Below, piece by piece: positions 1 through 8,888 of a stretch of DNA of 13,787 bases. Below the pieces are notes generated by a model. The model saw only the letters and a program-made list of their open reading frames with translations, was not told the DNA's origin and made no database searches. The translations under genes and the position numbers were made by a program. Each line of letters opens with the position of its first letter. Position 1 is the stretch's first letter. The stretch is from a candidate division WOR-3 bacterium (GTDB lineage: Bacteria > Hydrothermota > Hydrothermia > Hydrothermales > Hydrothermaceae), in assembly GCA_039803745.1 (NCBI GenBank), contig JBDRZD010000045.1, positions 1-13,787 on the forward strand, in the 5' to 3' direction.

Positions 1-30
1 CTTTTTAATAAAATTAAAATTTGATAATAT

Positions 31-435
31 TTATTGTTCTTTTGCATTGTAATACTCTCGAAGTGTATCTACCCTTCTCTCACACTTCTCTCCTTCTTCA
101 GGTGGGAAATATTCTACAGCGATCCAGTTTTGGGTTCCATGTGTATAAATACAAATGAAACCGTAAATACCACTGCTTAATTGTGTAATAAAAGTAGGAA
201 GAATTTTTATTAATCCAGGTGCACCCGGGTCAGGGTCTTTATATACATTAACACTATAAGAGTGAAACTTAAAAATATTTCCTAACACAGTATCAGCGAA
301 GGCATTAAACAACTTCTGATCTTGATTATCAAAGTTGCAAGGGAAAAATATTAATCCTTTATTAGTATAGGGAATTTCTGGGGGTAAAGAAGCAAATCCA
401 ATTAAAGGGAGAAATAATAAAATAAATTTTTTCAT
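31..435 (-). CDS. Secreted hypothetical protein, 134 aa; possible N-terminal part of a clan CD (caspase/gingipain/CHAT-like) fold, possibly truncated
   Basis: Sec-type signal peptide MKKFILLFLPLIGFA. AGGAG SD upstream. Start overlaps the upstream gene's stop (ATGA, 432-435). Contains a hydrophobic strand followed by His-Gly (YGFICIYTHG). The fold assignment is inference. Confidence 0.7.
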   Translation of the reverse strand: MKKFILLFLPLIGFASLPPEIPYTNKGLIFFPCNFDNQDQKLFNAFADTVLGNIFKFHSYSVNVYKDPDPGAPGLIKILPTFITQLSSGIYGFICIYTHGTQNWIAVEYFPPEEGEKCERRVDTLREYYNAKEQ

Positions 436-1472
436 TTCACTTTCTCCTTTTTATTTTTTTCTCCAAAAATTTTTTCCGCGATTTGATTTCCTATTAATTG
501 CTTTATCAGTTCTATTTCCCCCATCCTTATTTTACCTTTAACCTCTTTTTCTAATTCTTCTATAGAAGGATATTCCAGAGGATCGAAATTATAAAAAATA
601 AGCTTTACATCGTCTTCCATCATTCCCATTCTTGACAATGCCGCAATTTTTTCCTGAGGAGTCAAGGAAGTACTCCTCAAAATTTTTACTATCATATAAA
701 ATTCCTCCACTGAACCTGATAATCCATTAATATGAAGCATCCTACCTTCTTTCAAAGTATTTTCTGCCTCTCTTTTTAAATAAAGAACATTTCTTTTTTT
801 ACTCTCTATCTTTTCCTCCTTAGTTTTAGGGACAGGAAAAGCAGGTTCATATTCGGGATAAAATGGAATCATTACCCATTCCGTGGGTTTTCCTTTATAT
901 ACATACCTTTTTTTAATGACATAATAATCTGAAGTGTCCCCAGCAGAGAATTCTATTTTACCCTCCTTAACCCAGGGATCCTGTTGCAAAAATTTTAATA
1001 CCGAATCTTTTGCGGCTTTTGCATTTTGTTTTTTATATACCCTTTTATAAACTATATCAGCTTCTTTCAGGAGTTCATTCAAGTGTTTTGTATAAGGTCC
1101 CATCCAATAATATTTTTTCCTGGCTCTTTCATGAAAAACAGAATCTGCATATTTTCTTGCTTTCACTTCTAAAGGAGGAAATATCTGAATACCATTTAAA
1201 AAAAGTAAAGTATCATCTTTAATTTCTAACTTATAAGGTCTTTTTATATAATGACCATAAAGAATAACATGCCCTGTTTCAATTCCTTCTGGTGGTGTTA
1301 CTGGATTAATCTTCATAGTATAAAGTTCTTTTTCCTTTTTAGGAGAAACCTTTACCCCATATCCAAGATCACCAATCTTCGGAATATATTCATATGGAAA
1401 TTTCTTCTCCTGCCCGTATAGAAAATCAAAAATAAAAGACCAAAATATCATTACCTTTATAAAATTTTTCAT
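432..1472 (-). CDS. Secreted/exported hypothetical protein, 346 aa
   Basis: Long ORF with AGGAGG SD (1480-1485, - strand) and N-terminal signal peptide (MKNFIKVMIFWSFIFDFLYG-QE). Lys/Glu-rich, with no family motif I recognise. Confidence 0.85.
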   Translation of the reverse strand: MKNFIKVMIFWSFIFDFLYGQEKKFPYEYIPKIGDLGYGVKVSPKKEKELYTMKINPVTPPEGIETGHVILYGHYIKRPYKLEIKDDTLLFLNGIQIFPPLEVKARKYADSVFHERARKKYYWMGPYTKHLNELLKEADIVYKRVYKKQNAKAAKDSVLKFLQQDPWVKEGKIEFSAGDTSDYYVIKKRYVYKGKPTEWVMIPFYPEYEPAFPVPKTKEEKIESKKRNVLYLKREAENTLKEGRMLHINGLSGSVEEFYMIVKILRSTSLTPQEKIAALSRMGMMEDDVKLIFYNFDPLEYPSIEELEKEVKGKIRMGEIELIKQLIGNQIAEKIFGEKNKKEKVK

Positions 1473-1497
1473 CTTAAATCCTCCTTTATATTTTTAA

Positions 1498-1527
1498 ATT
1501 TTAAAACATATCAGACATTTAAATCAA
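1498..1527 (-). promoter_or_regulatory. Putative sigma70 promoter for the 1472/435 operon
   Basis: On the - strand TTGATT (1527-1522), 18-bp spacer, TAAAAT (1503-1498), just upstream of the SD at 1480-1485. Confidence 0.5.
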
Positions 1528-1563
1528 AATTGTAAAATTCATCCCGTTGACATATTAAAATTG

Positions 1564-1593
1564 TTGACTTTAATTAATTTTTTTATTTATAAT
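1564..1593 (+). promoter_or_regulatory. Putative sigma70 promoter for the M28 peptidase gene
   Basis: TTGACT (1564-1569), 18-bp spacer, perfect TATAAT (1588-1593). AGGAGG SD at 1608-1613 and ATG at 1618. Confidence 0.65.
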
Positions 1594-1617
1594 TTAACTT
1601 TTAATTAAGGAGGAAAT

Positions 1618-3108
1618 ATGAAAAAGTTTTTTATACTGCTCGTGGGAATTTTAATTTTATATGCAGATGAACTCTTATTCAAAATTGATAATCTTCCTTA
1701 TGAGGAAATAGAAAATTTACAGAAAAATGGAATAGAGGTATGGGAATGGAATAAAGATTTTTCTCTTTGTGTTTCAAATGAAGAAAATTTGCCAGAAAAC
1801 TATAAAATAGAAGTGCTTGATAAAAACCCAAGAGATGAAAATTATTTTATTGTAAGACTCTTGGAAGATATAGATATTTCAAAGTATAAAAAATATGTAA
1901 AAGTTTTATGGAAAAAAGACAATCTTTTAATTGTAAAGGATATATACAGGAAAAGACCAGAGGATTTAAAAATAAGGGCTGAAATAAAATATATAAGGAA
2001 AAGAAAAATTAAAATTTCTTTTGAAAATCTTTATTTACCAGTAAAACCTTATTTCCAAAATCCAATTATAGAACAGATGATTTCCCAGATTGATTCTGCC
2101 ACATGTTATAATTATTTAAAAAGGCTCCAAAATTTCAGGACAAGAAATTCCCATCATGATAGTATTGGAAAGGCTGCTCAATATGTTTATAATAAATTTC
2201 TGGAGTTCGGACTTGATCATGTATATTATAGTTACCCAGGACAGGATCCATGGGGAGAATTTAAAGCAAAGAATGTTGTTGGAATAAAATATGGACAAAC
2301 TGATACAGCATTTATAATATGTGGTCATCTTGATGCAACAGCAGGAAATCCTTATGGTTCAGAAAATGTTGCTCCTGGAGCAGATGATAATGGTTCTGGA
2401 AGTGCAGGTGTTTTAACTGCTGCAAAGGTTATGGCAAATTATAATTTCAGGCACGAAATAAGATTTATATGTTTTGTTGGTGAGGAACAGGGACTTATAG
2501 GAAGTGGAACATATGCTGATAGTTGTGCAAATGCCCAAAGCAAAATAAGGGGTGTTTATAATATGGATATGATATGTCATAGAGACCAGGGGAATGTTGA
2601 AGACCTTGATGCTGATGATAATAACCACTTGCCTTCAGCATACTTATCGGATACATTGATTCATTTTGGTTCTGTATATGTTTCTGAACTTCCAATAATT
2701 GAAAGACATTTGGGAGGAGGTGCTTCTTCTGACCATGCTTCTTTCCAAGAGGCAGGATACCCTGCAATATTAACAATTGATGATGCAGTGGTAGGTGCAA
2801 ACCCTTATATACACAGCACAGCTGATACAATAGGTCCTTCTGCAAATGATTTTAAACTAATGAAAAATAGCATAAAGGCAATTGTTGCAACTGTTGCTGA
2901 ACTTGCAAAGGTTTTAGGACAGAAAATTTCTGAGAATGAAAAGTTTAAAAAGATCAATTTAACATCTAAAACATTTTCAAAACCGTTTATTTTAAAAGAT
3001 TTTGGACTTTATTCTTCTTCAGGAAGAAAGATTAATTATGATTTTTCAAAGGGTATTTATTTTATAAAAACAAAAGAGGGAAAATTCAAAATAATTTATT
3101 TGAAATAG
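1618..3108 (+). CDS. Secreted M28-family zinc (amino)peptidase with N-terminal pro-region and short T9SS-type-A-like C-terminal tail
   Basis: Signal peptide and strong SD. M28 metal-binding motifs [29 protein letters not shown] and YIHSTADT. C-terminus LYSSSGRKI...KGIYFIK...KIIYLK resembles the Por secretion tail. Confidence 0.92.
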   Translation: MKKFFILLVGILILYADELLFKIDNLPYEEIENLQKNGIEVWEWNKDFSLCVSNEENLPENYKIEVLDKNPRDENYFIVRLLEDIDISKYKKYVKVLWKKDNLLIVKDIYRKRPEDLKIRAEIKYIRKRKIKISFENLYLPVKPYFQNPIIEQMISQIDSATCYNYLKRLQNFRTRNSHHDSIGKAAQYVYNKFLEFGLDHVYYSYPGQDPWGEFKAKNVVGIKYGQTDTAFIICGHLDATAGNPYGSENVAPGADDNGSGSAGVLTAAKVMANYNFRHEIRFICFVGEEQGLIGSGTYADSCANAQSKIRGVYNMDMICHRDQGNVEDLDADDNNHLPSAYLSDTLIHFGSVYVSELPIIERHLGGGASSDHASFQEAGYPAILTIDDAVVGANPYIHSTADTIGPSANDFKLMKNSIKAIVATVAELAKVLGQKISENEKFKKINLTSKTFSKPFILKDFGLYSSSGRKINYDFSKGIYFIKTKEGKFKIIYLK

Positions 3109-4928
3109 TTTTCAATATAAAAGAGTAAAGAGGTTATATCAGAGGCTCTTATTCCTGGTATTCTTTGAGCCTGTCCTAAATTTAAGGGTTTATATTTTTT
3201 TAACTTTTCCCTTGCTTCAAAAGAAAGATTTGGAACTTTATCATAGTCAATCCACTCAGGTATTCTCTTTTTCTCAAGTTTTTCAAAATGTTTTGCTTCA
3301 TTCAACTGCCTTTTTATAAATCCCTCATATTTTATTTCAATTTCTATTTTTTCCTTTAAATGAGGTGGAATTGGTTTTGCTTTATTTATTTTCATTAAAT
3401 CATCATACTTAACCTCTGGTCTTTTTAAAAGTTCATCAAGTGTCAATGTTTCTTTAAAATTGTCATTACATACTTTTAAAGCATCTTCCCTTTTAATCCT
3501 TTCATTTTTTAATCTCTCAATTTCTTCATCAACAATCTTTCTTTCTTCCAAAAATTTTCTATATTCACTTTCTTTTATAAGCCCAAACTTATATCCATAA
3601 TGAATTAACCTTTCCGGTGCATTATCCTGCCTTAAAATTATTCTATATTCAGCCCTTGATGTAAACATCCTGTAGGGTTCATCAACTCCTTTTGTTGTAA
3701 GGTCATCTATTAAAACACCAATATAGCCTTCATTCCTTTTAATTACAAATGGCTCTTTTTTATCAAGATATAAAACTGCATTTATGCCTGCAACAATTCC
3801 CTGCGCCCCTGCTTCTTCATATCCACTTGTTCCATTTATCTGTCCTGCAAAAAAAAGACCTTTTATTATTTTTGATTCAAGCCATGGATAAAGTTGCCTT
3901 GGATCAGAAAAATCGTATTCAATTGCATATCCTGGTATAAGTATTTCTGCATTTTCAAGTCCTTTTATTGTTTTTAAAATCTTATATTGAATATCAAAAC
4001 CATAAGATGTTGAAAGACCTGAAATATATATGATATCTGAATCTTTTCCATCAGGCTCTAAAAACAAAAGATGCCTTTCTTTATTTGGGAAATTAAAAAC
4101 TTTTGCTTCAATTGAAGGACAATATCTTGGGCCTATTGATTTTATCTGACCTGTGAATAAAGGACATATCTCCCTGTATTCATTAACTATTCTATGAGTT
4201 TCAGGATTTGTATATGTTGTCCAGCAAACCTCTTGTTTTAAACTTAAAAAAGGATTTCTAAAGGAAAAACCTCTTGGATTTTCGTCTCCTTCTAAAATGC
4301 TTACTTTACTAAAATCAATTGAACTTTTTTTTATTCTTGGTGATGTTCCTGTTTTTAGTCTTCCCAGATTAAATCCCAGTTTTCTCAAAGAATCTGATAA
4401 TTTCTTTGATGGTCTTTCACCCATCCTTCCTGCCTTAAACTGTATTAACCCTATATGTATTACACCATTTAAAAATGTCCCGCCTGTTAATATTACCGCA
4501 CCTGCATTTATTTTTCTTCCACTTTCTGTTATAACCCCTTTAACTTCTTTATCAGCAATTATTTCAATAACCTCATCTTCTAAAACAAAGAGATTTTCTT
4601 GAGAAAAAATAACTTCCTGCATCCTTTTCTTATACAATTCTCTATCAGCCTGTGCCCTTAATGACCATACTGCAGGACCCTTTTTTGTATTAAGTAATCT
4701 AAACTGGATTCCTGTTTCGTCAATATTCTTTGCCATTTCACCACCAAGTGCATCTATTTCTTTTACAAGTTGAGCCTTTGCAACTCCACCTATTGATGGA
4801 TTACAGGACATCTGTGCTATTTTGTCTTTTTTTAAAGTTATTAAAAGGGTCTTTGCACCCATCCTTGCACATGCTAAACCTGCCTCACAACCTGCATGAC
4901 CTCCACCTATTACTATTACATCATACAT
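3096..4928 (-). CDS. mnmG: tRNA uridine-5-carboxymethylaminomethyl(34) synthesis enzyme MnmG (GidA)
   Basis: FAD-binding [11 protein letters not shown], plus [61 protein letters not shown] and [13 protein letters not shown]. Full length, 610 aa. Confidence 0.98.
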   Translation of the reverse strand: MYDVIVIGGGHAGCEAGLACARMGAKTLLITLKKDKIAQMSCNPSIGGVAKAQLVKEIDALGGEMAKNIDETGIQFRLLNTKKGPAVWSLRAQADRELYKKRMQEVIFSQENLFVLEDEVIEIIADKEVKGVITESGRKINAGAVILTGGTFLNGVIHIGLIQFKAGRMGERPSKKLSDSLRKLGFNLGRLKTGTSPRIKKSSIDFSKVSILEGDENPRGFSFRNPFLSLKQEVCWTTYTNPETHRIVNEYREICPLFTGQIKSIGPRYCPSIEAKVFNFPNKERHLLFLEPDGKDSDIIYISGLSTSYGFDIQYKILKTIKGLENAEILIPGYAIEYDFSDPRQLYPWLESKIIKGLFFAGQINGTSGYEEAGAQGIVAGINAVLYLDKKEPFVIKRNEGYIGVLIDDLTTKGVDEPYRMFTSRAEYRIILRQDNAPERLIHYGYKFGLIKESEYRKFLEERKIVDEEIERLKNERIKREDALKVCNDNFKETLTLDELLKRPEVKYDDLMKINKAKPIPPHLKEKIEIEIKYEGFIKRQLNEAKHFEKLEKKRIPEWIDYDKVPNLSFEAREKLKKYKPLNLGQAQRIPGIRASDITSLLFYIENYFK

Positions 4929-4930
4929 AA

Positions 4931-6283
4931 TTAATAAGCATGCTTTTGAGAAAAAAATGTAAGTATTGTTTTAATAATTATTTTTATATCAAACCAGATT
5001 GACCAGTTATTTATATAATATAAATCATATCTAACCCTCTCATCAATAGGTGTGTCTCCCCTTAAACCATTTACCTGTGCCCATCCTGTTATTCCTGATT
5101 TAAACCTGTGCCTTTCTAAATACCTTGGAATTTCCTTTGAAAACTTTTCAACAAAATAAGGTCTTTCAGGTCTTGGACCAACAACACTCATATCACCTTT
5201 TAATACATTGAAAAACTGGGGAAGTTCATCAAGAGAATATTTTCTTAAAAATCTTCCAATTTTTGTTACTCTTGGATCATCAGGTGTTGTAAATTTTGGT
5301 TTTTCTTCTTTATCAGCACCAACTTTCATCGTTCTAAATTTTATAAGTTTAAATATTTTACCATCCTGTCCAACTCTTTCCTGTAAATAAAAAACAGGGC
5401 CCTTATCTTGAATTTTTATTAAAATTGCAATAATAGCCATTATTGGCAAAGTCAAGATTATAATAAATAAAGAGAAAAATAAATCAAATGCTCTTTTTAA
5501 GAACGCCTGGAATCTCGTTAATCTTGGCTCTTTAATTGCAAGAATTGGCATACCAGCTAAATTGTATATTCCTGCTCCTCCTATCATAAGTTGATAAATA
5601 TCAGGCACAATTCTTATAGGGATTTCAAAATTTTCACACTTTTTTATAATATCCTTTAAAAGATATTGTTTTTCTAATGGAAGGGCAATTAAAATCAAGT
5701 CATAGAAAAATTCTTTAAAATCCATTTTTAAAAAATCTTCTGAACTTAAATTACTTTCAATCCTATAACCTAATGTTTTATCCTCTTCTATTTTTCTTTC
5801 AATCCATTCTCCAATTTCTCCTTCTCCAATAAGAAGCACTCTTAAAATTCCTTTTCCTTTTTTCAAAAATTCCTTTTTCAAAATTCTTATTATTCCTCTA
5901 AAGAAAAGCATTAGAATAAATGTAAATAAAAAGAAGAATATGACAACAAGACGGGCATATAGTATTTTTCTGTAAAAGAAGGAAATACCCGTTGTTATAA
6001 TTCCAAGAATAATTAAAGCTCTTAAAACTTCAAAAACTTCATCAAGAAAAGAAAAACCTTTTTCTTCAACTTTCCATAAATCTGTAAAATAAAAAACAAA
6101 AAGGGCAATAAAAAAGACTATAGTAAATGCATAGAAATAATGCCTGAAATCAGGAATTGGAAAATGAAATATTGGTATAACACCTCCATAAAATCTAAAC
6201 CAATAAGAAAGAATAAATCCAAGAATCAAGGAGAGAAAATCAAAAACTATTCTCAAAATTTTAAAGATGTCAAATTTTTTCAT
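4931..6283 (-). CDS. wcaJ: Undecaprenyl-phosphate hexose (probably glucose) phosphotransferase, WcaJ/WbaP-type priming glycosyltransferase
   Basis: N-terminal TM segments and a Rossmann-like VLLIGEGE segment. Bacterial sugar transferase motifs [59 protein letters not shown] and [15 protein letters not shown]. Sugar specificity is inferred. Confidence 0.9.
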   Translation of the reverse strand: MKKFDIFKILRIVFDFLSLILGFILSYWFRFYGGVIPIFHFPIPDFRHYFYAFTIVFFIALFVFYFTDLWKVEEKGFSFLDEVFEVLRALIILGIITTGISFFYRKILYARLVVIFFFLFTFILMLFFRGIIRILKKEFLKKGKGILRVLLIGEGEIGEWIERKIEEDKTLGYRIESNLSSEDFLKMDFKEFFYDLILIALPLEKQYLLKDIIKKCENFEIPIRIVPDIYQLMIGGAGIYNLAGMPILAIKEPRLTRFQAFLKRAFDLFFSLFIIILTLPIMAIIAILIKIQDKGPVFYLQERVGQDGKIFKLIKFRTMKVGADKEEKPKFTTPDDPRVTKIGRFLRKYSLDELPQFFNVLKGDMSVVGPRPERPYFVEKFSKEIPRYLERHRFKSGITGWAQVNGLRGDTPIDERVRYDLYYINNWSIWFDIKIIIKTILTFFSQKHAY

Positions 6284-6289
6284 TTTAAG

Positions 6290-7357
6290 TTATATATTAT
6301 ATATTTTAAGATGAGCATCTGCAATATTATCCCAGCACCTTTTTTTAATCCATAAAAAGTTTTTTCTCCCTATTTCCTCAAGTCTATCCCTTTCACTATA
6401 TGCCCTTTCAATTGCCTTCTTTAATGCATGAGGTTCAAAAGGAGAATAAAAAAAATTAAAAGAGGGAGCCTCTTCTAAAAGATAATCAAATTCAGGTAAA
6501 ATTAAAGCCTTTTTAAAACCCATTGCACATATTAAACTTCCAGAAGTAAAAATTTCTTTAAATGGGAAAACAACCACATCTGAAGCATTATAGAAAAATT
6601 GAATTTCCTCATCTTTTATAAAAAATGGAAAAAATAGGATTTCATTTATTCCTTTGATTTTCTCCTCAATTTCTCTTTTTTCTATCTCACTATATGGTTT
6701 TCCACCTATTATTAATTTAAAGTTTTTTTTCCTTATCTCTTTAAAGCAATCTATTAATTCTATAATCCCCTTATATTTTCTTAATGAGCCAAGATAAAGA
6801 ATAACAAATTCTTCTTTTAAATTAAATTTTTTTCTTGCTTCTTCTTTTGAAACCTCATTTTTATAAAAATTTATATAATTTCCATGAGGTATCACATAAA
6901 TTTTTGGAATTTTTTTAAAAGGAATTTTATATTTTTTAATAAAAATTTCTTTTCCTTTTTTAGAATGTAAAATGAAGGCATCCATAAATCTAATTGCAAT
7001 AAAATTTACAATATATTCAAGGGGGATATGAATTTTCTCGTGATTTAAAAGATTATGGACAGTCCATACTATTTTAATTTTTTTAAATTTTAAATAAAAA
7101 ATCTGAATTAAAAAAAGAAAACTTTTTATTAAAGAAAAACAAAAATTTTTTCTAAAAGAAATGGTATAATTATGAATCCAGTGGAGATGTAAAATCTTCG
7201 GTTTAAATCTTTTTACTTCATTTATTATTTTAAAAATACCTGAACCATTTTTAATTTCCACTTTCACTTTCTTTTTAATTAAAGCCTCTTTTAAGAGCTT
7301 TTGATAGGGATTTTCTTTTGAACCATCTGGCATAAAAAGAACCCTTTTTTTCATCAT
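6290..7357 (-). CDS. GT-B glycosyltransferase (GT4-like, GumI/beta-mannosyltransferase-like)
   Basis: Motifs NPYQ.LL, ILHLHW, VWTVHN..HE, IPHGNY, LGSLRKYKG and SDVVVFPF..IFTSGS...AMGF. Start overlaps the flippase stop (ATGA, 7354-7357). Confidence 0.85.
   Translation of the reverse strand: MMKKRVLFMPDGSKENPYQKLLKEALIKKKVKVEIKNGSGIFKIINEVKRFKPKILHLHWIHNYTISFRKNFCFSLIKSFLFLIQIFYLKFKKIKIVWTVHNLLNHEKIHIPLEYIVNFIAIRFMDAFILHSKKGKEIFIKKYKIPFKKIPKIYVIPHGNYINFYKNEVSKEEARKKFNLKEEFVILYLGSLRKYKGIIELIDCFKEIRKKNFKLIIGGKPYSEIEKREIEEKIKGINEILFFPFFIKDEEIQFFYNASDVVVFPFKEIFTSGSLICAMGFKKALILPEFDYLLEEAPSFNFFYSPFEPHALKKAIERAYSERDRLEEIGRKNFLWIKKRCWDNIADAHLKIYNI
6296..6324 (-). promoter_or_regulatory. Putative internal promoter for wcaJ-mnmG inside the 3' end of the upstream GT gene
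   Basis: On the - strand TTGCAG (6324-6319), 17-bp spacer, TATAAT (6301-6296). The ATG at 6283 lies 12 nt downstream with no SD. Confidence 0.4.
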
Positions 7358-8823
7358 TTTATAGTTTTTAAAAAAAGATTTTTTATTTCCAAAAAATTCT
7401 CATTTTTTAAAAAATTAATAAAGAATAAAAAGGAAAAAATGTATAAAAAAGTAAAAAGGAAAAAAATTATAAAGAAGTTGAAAATGTTATAATTTGATAT
7501 AAAAAATTTTTCAAAAATTATTATAAAAATGAAAGATATAAAAGAAGAAAGAATTGAAGGTAAGAAAATTTCAAAAATTTCCTTTATCTTTGATTCAATA
7601 ATTTTGAAAACGTGAAAAATAGCAAAAATATCAACAAAAAAAGCACTTGTAAGAATTGCAAGAGAAGTGCCAACTATTCCAAAAAATTTTGTAAAAGGAT
7701 AAACAATTATTCCAAATATTAAAAGTCTTATAAATTGGTAAAGGGTTGCAAAATAGGGCTTACCAATTGCCTGAAAAAATGGGCCTGTTGTTGCACTATG
7801 AGCCCTTAAAAATCCCCATAATGCAAGTATTTTCATTGGCAGAATTATTTCAATCCATTTCTCTCCTAAAAAAATTTTGACAAAGGGATTACCAAAAATA
7901 ATTATCCATAAGGTAAAAATGAAAGCAAAAATAGAAATTATTGAAAAGGTTTGTAAATAACCCTTTTTTAATTTTTCTTTTATTTCCTGTATTCTTGAAT
8001 AGGCAGGAAAAACAACCTGTGAAACTGCCCATGTAATTTCTGTTGTAGGCAAATTTGAAATTCTAAATGCTACCTGATAAAGTCCTAAAAAATATGCACC
8101 AAGAATCTTCCCTATTACTATATCTCCTCCCTGATTTAAAAAGAAAAGAATAATATTAGAAATTAAAATCCATTTACCAAAAGAAATAAGAGGGGAAAGA
8201 ATTTTTATATTAAAAGCAAATTTTGGTTTATATGGGTGAATTAAAAAACTTGTTATTAAAAGAACAAAACTTTTTGAAATTGTGCCAAAGATAAGAGCCC
8301 AAAAATTTTTAAAAATTAAAGCAAAAAAAATTGAAACAAAAAATTCAGTAATTATTCCAATAAATTGATAAATAAAAAATATTTTAAATTGAAGTTCTCT
8401 CTGCCATAAAACAACAACTCCAATATTTAAAGATGATTGAAATAAAAAATAAATGCTCAAAACTCTTATTGCATTTATAGATTCATTAGAATTAAAAAAA
8501 TTACCGATAAAGGAGGAAGAAATTAAAAGGAAAATAGATAAAAAAATGCCTCTTAAAACAAGAAATGTCCAGGCATCATTTAAATATTTGTCCACTTCTT
8601 CTTTCTTTTGAATTAATGCCTGGGATATGCCTGTTTGAGTAAATGTGTCAACTATTGTAATTGTAAGAAGAGCAATTCCCGCTATTCCAAAATCCTTTGG
8701 TCCTAAAATTCTTCCGAGAATAACAAGTCTAATTAAATTTAAAAATTGTTGTAAAACCCTGTAAGAAAATACAAATATTCCTCCTTTAAATGTTTTTTCT
8801 TTTAAACTCCCAATTTTTTTCAT
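7354..8823 (-). CDS. wzx: Wzx-type (PST/MOP family, WzxC/TuaB-like) lipid-linked oligosaccharide flippase
   Basis: Polytopic membrane protein with LVILGRILGPKDFG, TG...ALIQK, WQRELQFK, D.VIGKILG...LGLYQVAF and VVFPAYSR. ATG at 8823 (MKKIG) is preferred over the TTG at 8829. Confidence 0.9.
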   Translation of the reverse strand: MKKIGSLKEKTFKGGIFVFSYRVLQQFLNLIRLVILGRILGPKDFGIAGIALLTITIVDTFTQTGISQALIQKKEEVDKYLNDAWTFLVLRGIFLSIFLLISSSFIGNFFNSNESINAIRVLSIYFLFQSSLNIGVVVLWQRELQFKIFFIYQFIGIITEFFVSIFFALIFKNFWALIFGTISKSFVLLITSFLIHPYKPKFAFNIKILSPLISFGKWILISNIILFFLNQGGDIVIGKILGAYFLGLYQVAFRISNLPTTEITWAVSQVVFPAYSRIQEIKEKLKKGYLQTFSIISIFAFIFTLWIIIFGNPFVKIFLGEKWIEIILPMKILALWGFLRAHSATTGPFFQAIGKPYFATLYQFIRLLIFGIIVYPFTKFFGIVGTSLAILTSAFFVDIFAIFHVFKIIESKIKEIFEIFLPSILSSFISFIFIIIFEKFFISNYNIFNFFIIFFLFTFLYIFSFLFFINFLKNENFLEIKNLFLKTIK

Positions 8824-8885
8824 TTGCAATATTCCATCGTTTATTATTAATATTATAATTTAAAGAACTTTTTTAAAAAAATCAA
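8824..8885. promoter_or_regulatory. Divergent promoter region between wzx and the O-antigen ligase-like gene
   Basis: Palindromic ATTATAAT (8852-8859) gives TATAAT on both strands. Other candidates are + TTGCAA (8824-8829)-N18-TAATAT (8848-8853) and - TTGATT (8885-8880)-N17-TAAATT (8862-8857). The region is very AT-rich, so chance matches are possible. Confidence 0.4.
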
Positions 8886-8888
8886 CAT

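Noticed and set aside
1..47. Edge ORFs: + strand ...LFNKIKI-TGA-TAA ending at 24-27, or - strand ATG at 47 open to the edge
   Set aside because: Too little sequence is visible to decide which, if either, is real.
1546..1579. Tandem GTTGAC repeat with a 17-bp period upstream of the M28 gene, including a perfect TTGACA at 1547-1552
   Set aside because: Only 11 of 17 positions match in AT-rich DNA, and the first TTGACA has no good -10 at 17-18 bp. It may be an operator or second promoter, but this is not supportable.
4100..4133. MnmG motif reads CPSIEAK instead of the common CPSIEDK
   Set aside because: To my knowledge this position varies among MnmG/MTO1 homologues, and the catalytic Cys and other motifs are intact.
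3096..4928. Replication origin near mnmG/gidA
   Set aside because: There is no intergenic space next to mnmG, I saw no DnaA-box cluster, and none of the usual origin-linked genes are present.
1010..6355. Short ORFs in the track (1010-1222, 2116-2328, 2413-2628, 2495-2845, 3749-3940, 4297-4602, 4730-4930, 5208-5390, 6140-6355)
   Set aside because: All lie antisense to well-supported genes and have no recognisable motifs, so they are shadow ORFs.
8824..8829. TTG start (MQMKK) for the flippase
   Set aside because: An ATG two codons downstream gives the MKK start typical of this window, and the TTG has no SD support.
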